From assembly GCA_029547805.1 (NCBI GenBank), contig JAKPOP010000010.1:209675-273674 (forward strand): 64,000 nucleotides of DNA, written 5' to 3'. Shown in pieces: positions 57,647 through 64,000 of this stretch. The DNA comes from Deltaproteobacteria bacterium. GTDB lineage: Bacteria > Myxococcota_A > UBA9042 > DTJE01. How positions within the stretch are numbered: position 1 is the stretch's first letter; every line of letters starts with the position of its first letter. The translations under genes and the position numbers were made by a program. The notes under the pieces are model-generated. The model worked only from the letters and a program-made list of their open reading frames with translations. It ran no database searches and had not been told where the DNA came from.

Positions 57647-60600
57647 TCCCGATCCGACTGACGGTGCAGGCATTCGGACCCTACGTCCAGCGCCAGGTGG
57701 TGGACTTCGGGCCGGCCCGGGACGCCGGGGTGTTCCTGGTCCACGGACCGACGGGAGCCGGCAAGACCACGCTGTTCGATGCGATCTGTTACGCCCTCTA
57801 CGGGCAGTCGTCGGGGGCGGAACGGACCGACCAGCAGATGCGCAGCCAACTGGCGCCATCGACCCTGCGAACCGAGGTGGAACTGGAGTTCGCGCTGGGG
57901 GAGTGGCACTACCGCTGCTGGCGTTCGCCGACCTGGGATCGCCCGGCCCTCCGGGGCCAGGGGACCACGAAGGCCAAGGCGGAGGCCCACCTCCATCGAC
58001 GGCCCGCCGGCGGGACCGGGGAGTGGTCCCTGTTGCAGACGGGCGACGGCAAGGTCACGGAGGCCATCCAGGCGGTGTTGGGCTTCACGGCGGAGGAGTT
58101 CCGGCAGGTGATCCTGATCCCCCAGGGGCAGTTCCGGAGCCTGCTGGTCGCCGAGGTGAAGGATCGGGAGCACATCCTGGGCAACCTCTTCAATACGGCC
58201 CTCTACCGCCGCATCGAGGAGGAGTTGAAGGCCGAGACGGCCCGCCGGCAGACGGAATTCCGGACCCTCGAGGAGCGCCATCAGACCTTGCTCGGGACCG
58301 GCGACGTGGCGTCCCTGGAGGACCTGGAACAGCGGATACGGCAGCGGCAGGTCGAACTGGAGACGATGCAGGCGGGGGTGAAGCAGCGACGGGACAGCCT
58401 CCAGTCGGCCAGGGCTGCCGCCGAGGAGGGCCGGCGGGTCCGGGGGATCTTCGAGGAGGCCCGCCGGGCCAGGCGACGCCTGGAGGACCTGGAGCAGCGC
58501 CGTGAGGAGATCGGATCGCAGAAGGCCCTGCTGGAGAGGGCTCGCCGGGCCCTGACCCTGAACGACCTGGCCGATGGGCTGCATCGGCTGCGCCAGCAGG
58601 CCGAACAGCGCCGGGAGGACCTGTCGAGGGCGAACCGGGACCTGGAGGAGGCCCGGCTGGCGCTGGACCTGGCCCGGGACGGCCTGGAACGACAGCGGGC
58701 GAACGTCCCGGAGACCGAGGCGATGGAGCGGGCTCTGGTCGAGCTCAAGGAGATGGGACCGCGCCTCCAGGCCCTGGAACAGGCCGAGGGGGAGGTCCAG
58801 GCGGCGGAAGAACGGCTGACGGCGGCGGAGGAACGGCTCCGGGCGGCCCGGGAGGGCCTGGAGGCCCTGGAGCAGGAGATGCGGGGGCTGGACCGGACCA
58901 TCGAGGCCCTGGACCCCCTGGCCGAGGACAAGGCCCGACGGGGGTCGATCCGGGACCAGCAGGTCCAGCAGCGGAACCTCCGCAGGCGCCTGGGCGAACT
59001 GCAGGATCAGCACCGGACCCTGGAAAAGCGGCTTCAGCGGCAGGCCGACCAGGAGCGGATGGCCTCCGCCGGGCTGGAGCAGGCCCGTCGCACGCTGGAG
59101 GAGGCCCTGGAGGTCCAGCGTCGGGAGATGGCCGCGGTGCTGGCGGCCCGGCTGGTCCCGGGCGATCCCTGCCCGGTCTGCGGATCGACCTCCCATCCGG
59201 CCCCGGCCCCGATCCGGGAGAACCTGCCCGATGGGGCGCTGCTGGACCGCCTCCGGCAGGAGGCCGATGCCGCCGCGGAGACCTGGAAGGTCGCATCGGA
59301 CGAGATGCTGCGCATCCAGGAGCAGTGGAAGGCCCTGGGCCAGCGCATCGAGGAGATGGTCCAGGACCTGGGAGAAGCCGCCGGGGCCTCCCTGGAGGAA
59401 CTGGAGGCCCGCTGCCAGGAGGCCGAACAGCAGGTCCGGGAGGCGGAAGAGGCCGCCCGTCGGCTGGCCGAGGCCCGAACCCGGCGGCGGGAGGCGGAGA
59501 CCCGGCTGGAGCAGGGACGGGAGGTCCTGGAGGCCATCCAGGGTCAGGTCCAGGAGGCCCGGTCGGCCCGGGACCGGGCAGCGGCCCTCCGGCAGGAGCG
59601 GCAGGCCGGCCTGCCCCCGGGGAGGGACCGAGGGACCTGGGAACAGCAGGTCGCCGAGTCCCGCGCGGCCCTCGCGGCAAGGAAGCAGGCCCTGGAGAAG
59701 GCGGAACAGTCGTTCCGGGAGGCATCGGCCCGATGGACCGGTGCCGAGGCGCGTCAGACCGCGGCGGCGACCGAGTCCGATCGGACCGCATCGGAACTCG
59801 AGGAGATGGATCGTCGCTTCCAGGAGCGGCTCCGAGAGCAGGGCTTCATGACCCCCGAGGAGTGGTCGGCGGCGCGGCTGGCGCCGGATGGGCTGGCGGC
59901 CCTGGAGGAGCAGATCCAGGGCTGGGTGCGGGACGTGGTCCAGGCCCAGGGGGACGTGGACCGCCTGGAGGCCGGGGTGGCGGGTCTGCAGGAGCCGGAC
60001 GTGGCGGCCCTGGAGGCCGCCGAGGCCGAGGCCCTGGCAGGGCTGGAGGCGGCTCAGGCCGCCGCGGCCCAGGCGGTGGCGGACCAGGAGCGGGACCAGG
60101 ACCTGGCAACCCGGCTGCGGCAGGTCCAATCCGAGCAGAAGGCGATCGAGGAGAGGCTCCGAGGCATGGAGAGGTTGTCCGGGGTGGCCAGGGGCGAGAA
60201 CCCCGTCAAGTTGTCCTTCCACGACTTCGTGCTGGGCCTGCTGCTGGATCAGGTCCTGGAGGCGGCGAACCTGCGTTTGAAGGTCATGAGCCGGGGCCGT
60301 TTCCAGTTGTTCCGACGAAGGGTTCCGGCGGACCGCCGGAAGCGGGAGGGGTTGTCCCTGGACGTCGAGGACGGCTACAGCGGCAGCCTCCGGGCCGTGC
60401 ACACCCTGTCGGGCGGCGAGTCCTTCCAGGCGGCCCTGGCCCTGTCCCTGGGACTGGCGGACGTCGTGCAGCAGCGGGCCGGCGGCATCCGGCTCGAGAC
60501 CCTCTTCCTGGACGAGGGCTTCGGCAACCTGGACGCCGAGGCCCGGGAGGAGGCCTGGAACCACCTGGCGGAGATGTCCGGCCGCGAGGGCGGCCGCCTG

Positions 60601-60714
60601 GTGGGCATCATCTCCCACATGGAGGACCTGAAGGCCCTGTGTCCCCGGCGCCTCGAGGTCCGGTCCGGCCCCGCCGGCGCCACGGTCCGCTGGAGCCATG
60701 CCCCGGTCCCCTAG
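57643..60714 (+). CDS. sbcC: Exonuclease SbcCD, ATPase subunit C (Rad50-like)
   Basis: Walker A FLVHGPTGAGKTTLFDA. A long coiled coil has a central CPVCGS zinc hook. C-terminal signature LSGGESFQAALALSLGL and D-loop LFLDEGFGNLD. Confidence 0.9.
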   Translation: MIPIRLTVQAFGPYVQRQVVDFGPARDAGVFLVHGPTGAGKTTLFDAICYALYGQSSGAERTDQQMRSQLAPSTLRTEVELEFALGEWHYRCWRSPTWDRPALRGQGTTKAKAEAHLHRRPAGGTGEWSLLQTGDGKVTEAIQAVLGFTAEEFRQVILIPQGQFRSLLVAEVKDREHILGNLFNTALYRRIEEELKAETARRQTEFRTLEERHQTLLGTGDVASLEDLEQRIRQRQVELETMQAGVKQRRDSLQSARAAAEEGRRVRGIFEEARRARRRLEDLEQRREEIGSQKALLERARRALTLNDLADGLHRLRQQAEQRREDLSRANRDLEEARLALDLARDGLERQRANVPETEAMERALVELKEMGPRLQALEQAEGEVQAAEERLTAAEERLRAAREGLEALEQEMRGLDRTIEALDPLAEDKARRGSIRDQQVQQRNLRRRLGELQDQHRTLEKRLQRQADQERMASAGLEQARRTLEEALEVQRREMAAVLAARLVPGDPCPVCGSTSHPAPAPIRENLPDGALLDRLRQEADAAAETWKVASDEMLRIQEQWKALGQRIEEMVQDLGEAAGASLEELEARCQEAEQQVREAEEAARRLAEARTRRREAETRLEQGREVLEAIQGQVQEARSARDRAAALRQERQAGLPPGRDRGTWEQQVAESRAALAARKQALEKAEQSFREASARWTGAEARQTAAATESDRTASELEEMDRRFQERLREQGFMTPEEWSAARLAPDGLAALEEQIQGWVRDVVQAQGDVDRLEAGVAGLQEPDVAALEAAEAEALAGLEAAQAAAAQAVADQERDQDLATRLRQVQSEQKAIEERLRGMERLSGVARGENPVKLSFHDFVLGLLLDQVLEAANLRLKVMSRGRFQLFRRRVPADRRKREGLSLDVEDGYSGSLRAVHTLSGGESFQAALALSLGLADVVQQRAGGIRLETLFLDEGFGNLDAEAREEAWNHLAEMSGREGGRLVGIISHMEDLKALCPRRLEVRSGPAGATVRWSHAPVP

Positions 60715-60891
60715 CCCTCTTCCCGGGGATCGGGGGCCTCGGCATCGGTGGCCCCACGCCCATGGGCATCATCGCCCCCGCGTATCGGTCTCATGACCGG
60801 ACGGTCGCCCCATCGCGGATCGCTGCGATCGTCTCGGCCGCCGAGATTGCGGGATCCGTGCGCGTCCCGGACCCCAACGCCTTGCCCCTCG

Positions 60892-62748
60892 TCAGAGGCA
60901 CGGGCAGGTGCAGGCCTGCACCTCGATGGTGGCCGTGGCGCCCTCCTCCGTCAGGACGACGATCGCCCCGCTGGCATGGTCGCCCGAGAAGGCGAGATCG
61001 ATCTCGGCCCCGTAGATGTCCAACTCCCGGCCGTCCGGAGCCGTGTAGCGGCTGCAGCAGAAGCCCGTCAGTTCCGGGTCGTGGACATACGTGCCGAAGA
61101 CCCGATCGCGAGTGACCTGAAAGGTCGTCTCGCGGGGCTTGCCCCCGGAGAAGGTCACGCCGAAATCGATCTCCTCGTTGGTCGTCGGGTTGCGGCCGGA
61201 CAGCGAGAACTGGCCGAGCGTGGTCGCGCTGCTCCACATGATCATGAGCTCGCCCAGCCAGGCGCTGCCCACTTGCGGGGTCTCGCAGTAGTCGCACAGC
61301 GCCTTGACCGGGCAGGAGTTGAGCTCGGCCGGCTCCTCGGCCGGGCAGTCCACAGGGCACGTCCCGTGATCCTCGCCCTCCGAGGTCTCGCACTCGCCGT
61401 TGCCACAAGGGTCGATCCGGATGATCAGGCTGAGCGGGGCCTTGTACCCGCGCGACGGGTCCGCGACCTCGAAGTGGAACACGAACGTGTCGCCCGCATC
61501 GGACCTGTCGGGCGTGAACTCCAGCACCTGGATCAGCTCCGGGCTGGTCGGCGGGCGCATCACCGCCCGGCTGCCCACACGATCCGCCGCAAACGCGTCG
61601 GGCGTCGCGGTCACCGTCACCGTCATCGCCTCGCTCTGCACCGTCGCGTAGTCGCCGAAGCCGCCCGGGATGGGCAGCCCCGGGAGCCAGTTCGCCTCCC
61701 GGGCCGCGCCCACGATGCCGAATTGCAACTTCTCGTCGGTCGCCTTGACCTCGACCTCCTGGACGGCAACCGTGTTCGCGAACTGCATGTACGGGGTCAG
61801 CAGCGCGTCCGGGGCGCTGACGATGTTCACGCCGGCGGCCTCCCACGCGGCCTCCGCCAGCCCCACGCAAGACCAGCCGCCGAACCCGCCGGCGCCGCCA
61901 GTCCCGATCGGAAGCCCGCCCAGGATCCCGTATGGCTCGAACTGCTTCCCGGTGGCCCACGCGACCGCCGCCTTCCCGGCCTCCTCGGTCGCGCCCTCCC
62001 GCGGGCGCCGGGCACCGACGAAGACGTGCGCGCCGCACAGGCGCATGAAGTCCAGGTAGTCGTGGATGTCGACCCCGTCGATGCCGACGCCGCAAGTCGG
62101 CGTCTGCAGCGTGGACTCGATCACCTTCCCCTGGCCGAGGTACAGACCGACGTGCATCGGCTTGATCGTCGCGTGCGTGAAGCCCTCGGCACTCGTCAGG
62201 ACGTACAGGATGTCCCCGGGTCGCAGCGTGCTGGCGGGGAACTCGATCGCCGCCAGGAACTTCGGATAACTCAAGATATGGGCGACCGAGAAGTGCCGGA
62301 GCGGGAAGGTGATCCGCCCGCCCGACACGGTCACGTCCTCGGCCGTCACGAACGGATCGACCTCGGATCCGGCCCGGGGGAACGGGTTGGTCCGGCTGAC
62401 GACCTCCACAGCGAGCCCTTCCTGATCGTAATCGAGGTCGGAGACCCAGGTGACCGTGGCGGGCGTCGAGAGCGTCAGTCCGTCCGGCTCCAGCACGAGG
62501 ATTCCCACCGTTCCTTCGGCCCGGAAGACGTCACGACTCGCTGGACGCGATAGCGTGATGGTTGTGTCCTCGGCCAGCGCCCCGGCCGGGATCTGGATCC
62601 CGGTGCCATCGCCGAAGGCCACGGTGCCGCCGGTCGCGGCCGCGATGCGCCCAGACACGGCCTCGGTGCCCGCCCCGTCCTTCCCGTCCCCGCATCCGGC
62701 CGCCACGCACCCCAGGGCCCACAACGTGGCCATCCGTCCGTGCCTCAT
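60892..62748 (-). CDS. Secreted lipoprotein with permuted papain-fold (YiiX/NlpC-P60-like) domain and C-terminal Cys-rich region
   Basis: Lipobox MRHGRMATLWALGCVAAGC. ..LRPGDILYVLTSAEGFTHATIKPMHVGLYLGQGKVIES.. resembles the YiiX/C92 family. C-terminal CGNGECE..CPVDC..CPVKALCDYC..CTCPCL. Confidence 0.6.
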   Translation of the reverse strand: MRHGRMATLWALGCVAAGCGDGKDGAGTEAVSGRIAAATGGTVAFGDGTGIQIPAGALAEDTTITLSRPASRDVFRAEGTVGILVLEPDGLTLSTPATVTWVSDLDYDQEGLAVEVVSRTNPFPRAGSEVDPFVTAEDVTVSGGRITFPLRHFSVAHILSYPKFLAAIEFPASTLRPGDILYVLTSAEGFTHATIKPMHVGLYLGQGKVIESTLQTPTCGVGIDGVDIHDYLDFMRLCGAHVFVGARRPREGATEEAGKAAVAWATGKQFEPYGILGGLPIGTGGAGGFGGWSCVGLAEAAWEAAGVNIVSAPDALLTPYMQFANTVAVQEVEVKATDEKLQFGIVGAAREANWLPGLPIPGGFGDYATVQSEAMTVTVTATPDAFAADRVGSRAVMRPPTSPELIQVLEFTPDRSDAGDTFVFHFEVADPSRGYKAPLSLIIRIDPCGNGECETSEGEDHGTCPVDCPAEEPAELNSCPVKALCDYCETPQVGSAWLGELMIMWSSATTLGQFSLSGRNPTTNEEIDFGVTFSGGKPRETTFQVTRDRVFGTYVHDPELTGFCCSRYTAPDGRELDIYGAEIDLAFSGDHASGAIVVLTEEGATATIEVQACTCPCL

Positions 62749-62941
62749 GGGCCCTCCTCGCGATGGCATCCCGCCGCACTGTCGGCTCGACCGCACCAGT
62801 CTCCACGAGGTCCGGGCAGGAGTCAATCGCGGCAGTCAGGGCGGCATCCGCGGCGACCGCTGCCGGGTCAGTGGCGGACCGGCGAGCCCCCGCGGAGCAC
62901 GGCAACGGATGGCCCCTCATGCAGCCTGGAGCACCGCGGCC

Positions 62942-62971
62942 TTGACTCTCGGATAGGACTAGTCCTTATTT
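62942..62971 (+). promoter_or_regulatory. Putative promoter (TTGACT-18nt-TTATTT) overlapping the perfect 12-bp palindrome AGGACTAGTCCT
   Basis: The locally AT-rich stretch cttgactctcggatAGGACTAGTCCTtatttggtagtgcaacc lies 30-60 bp upstream of the ATG at 63001. Confidence 0.3.
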
Positions 62972-63000
62972 GGTAGTGCAACCTGACGGGAGCCCCTGTC

Positions 63001-64000
63001 ATGACGACGCTTCGCACGCTGTTGCCCGCGCTGCTGATGACCCTCCCCGTGGCCGCCTGCGGGGACGGAAGCGACTCGACGACCACCGACACATCCGTGT
63101 TCCAGGTCACCTGGGCCGACAACGCCCGGCTGGTCTCCGAGACCGATGGCAAGGCCCACCTGAAGGGCAACGCCCCCGGCCCCGACACGCTGGAGTACCG
63201 CTTCGACGGTGGCGCCACGGCCATCGAGGCCCTGCAGCCGGGGCAGGTGGCGGTGCTGGCCGGCATCGCCTACCGCAAGGTCGTGGAGGTCCGTCGGGAG
63301 GGCGATGACATCGTGCTGGCCACCGCTCGCACAACGCTGCCCGAGGCCATTCGGGACGGCACGATGGAGTGGAACCTGCCGGTGGACTTCGCCCGGGCGG
63401 CACAGTCGGGCGCCCTTCGGGTCACCTACGGCGACGCGGAACTGCACCGGGTCTCGTCGGCGCTGGAGGGAGGCATCTCGTGGGAGGGGGAGCTGGAGGG
63501 CTGGAATCTGGCGGTCCGGCTGGTGCCCTCGACGGGGCGCCTGGACGTGGAGGCCACCGCGAAGAAGAAGGTCCTGGGCGAGGACCGCATCGGCCTCAAT
63601 GCCACGGGTCACGTCGAGGGGCTGCGCCTGTCGGGGCGGGTCGGCATCGCGGGCGGCGTCACCGAGACCTTCCAGGCGGCGGCCCAGGACGTCCGTGGGC
63701 AGCTGCACGTGAAGGCGGCCGCCTTCAACGCCGGCGCCAGCCAGGAACTGCTGCGCGTGCCGCTGGGCATCGACGTGCCGGTCGAGATCGGGCCGGTGCC
63801 GCTGATCGTGAAGATCAAGGCCCACGTGAACGTCACGGCGGAGCTGGCCCTGAACGACAGCGAGGCCGACGCCGAGGTGGACTTCGCCTTCGACGCGCAT
63901 CAGGGCATCCGGCTGGCGGGGTCGTCCATCGCCCCCGACGCGAATCTGGACTCTTTCAGCGCCGAGAACATCCTGGGTGGCGCGGCGGACTACGTGGCGG
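63001..64000 (+). CDS. Hypothetical lipoprotein, 3' partial (runs off window end)
   Basis: ATG at 63001. MTTLRTLLPALLMTLPVAACGDG lipobox. The open frame with strong GC3 bias runs to position 64000. It is not in the ORF track because no stop is in the window. Confidence 0.7.
   Translation, partial: MTTLRTLLPALLMTLPVAACGDGSDSTTTDTSVFQVTWADNARLVSETDGKAHLKGNAPGPDTLEYRFDGGATAIEALQPGQVAVLAGIAYRKVVEVRREGDDIVLATARTTLPEAIRDGTMEWNLPVDFARAAQSGALRVTYGDAELHRVSSALEGGISWEGELEGWNLAVRLVPSTGRLDVEATAKKKVLGEDRIGLNATGHVEGLRLSGRVGIAGGVTETFQAAAQDVRGQLHVKAAAFNAGASQELLRVPLGIDVPVEIGPVPLIVKIKAHVNVTAELALNDSEADAEVDFAFDAHQGIRLAGSSIAPDANLDSFSAENILGGAADYVA

Noticed and set aside
57547-60699. 1050-aa minus-strand ORF opposite sbcC
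   Set aside because: Antisense to a gene with Walker A, zinc-hook and ABC signature motifs. Low-complexity composition.
60748-62553. 601-aa plus-strand ORF opposite the YiiX-like lipoprotein gene
   Set aside because: Arg/Gly/Pro-rich with no motifs. The minus-strand frame has a lipobox and recognisable domains.

Overview
This 64 kb window is a very GC-rich (about 70-75%) bacterial chromosomal segment. It is most likely from a Myxococcota-like deltaproteobacterium, based on MopE-type and myxo cysteine-rich repeats, a Myxococcus-style type IVa pilin with a sigma-54 promoter, and many c-type cytochrome and Fe-S respiratory genes. Because of the high GC content, almost every frame is open. Gene calls were therefore made from recognisable protein families, lipoprotein or signal peptides, RBS-like motifs and stop-start coupling, and many long ORFs in the track were rejected as antisense or out-of-frame artefacts. 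About 52 CDS are supported and no rRNA, tRNA or CRISPR was found.

Housekeeping genes include purM, purN, ligA, serB, gap, pssA, sbcCD and a four-subunit 2-oxoacid:ferredoxin oxidoreductase (korDABG-like). A 5' partial Ser/Thr protein kinase and a 3' partial lipoprotein lie at the window edges and are not in the ORF track.

The most interesting regions are:
- An isolated pilA with a textbook sigma-54 promoter. It is divergently paired with an STT3/AglB/PglB-like oligosaccharyltransferase homologue (degenerate WWDYG motif) and a GH4, DegT and Gfo/Idh/MocA sugar-tailoring operon. The pilin carries D-x-N-x-S/T sequons.
- A 1375-aa lipoprotein with 13 MopE-like Cys-rich calcium/metal-binding repeats plus seven novel 55-aa repeats that look like a beta-propeller. 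A sigma-70 region-4-only regulator lies upstream.
- A respiratory module made of a small membrane protein, a HybA-like 4Fe-4S subunit and an NrfD-like subunit fused to a hexahaem cytochrome c.
- A 1 kb intergenic block between a PIG-L deacetylase gene and sbcD. It holds three tandem copies of a 310 bp repeat, each with GC-rich palindromes, and a 15-nt G-tract minisatellite with G-quadruplex potential.
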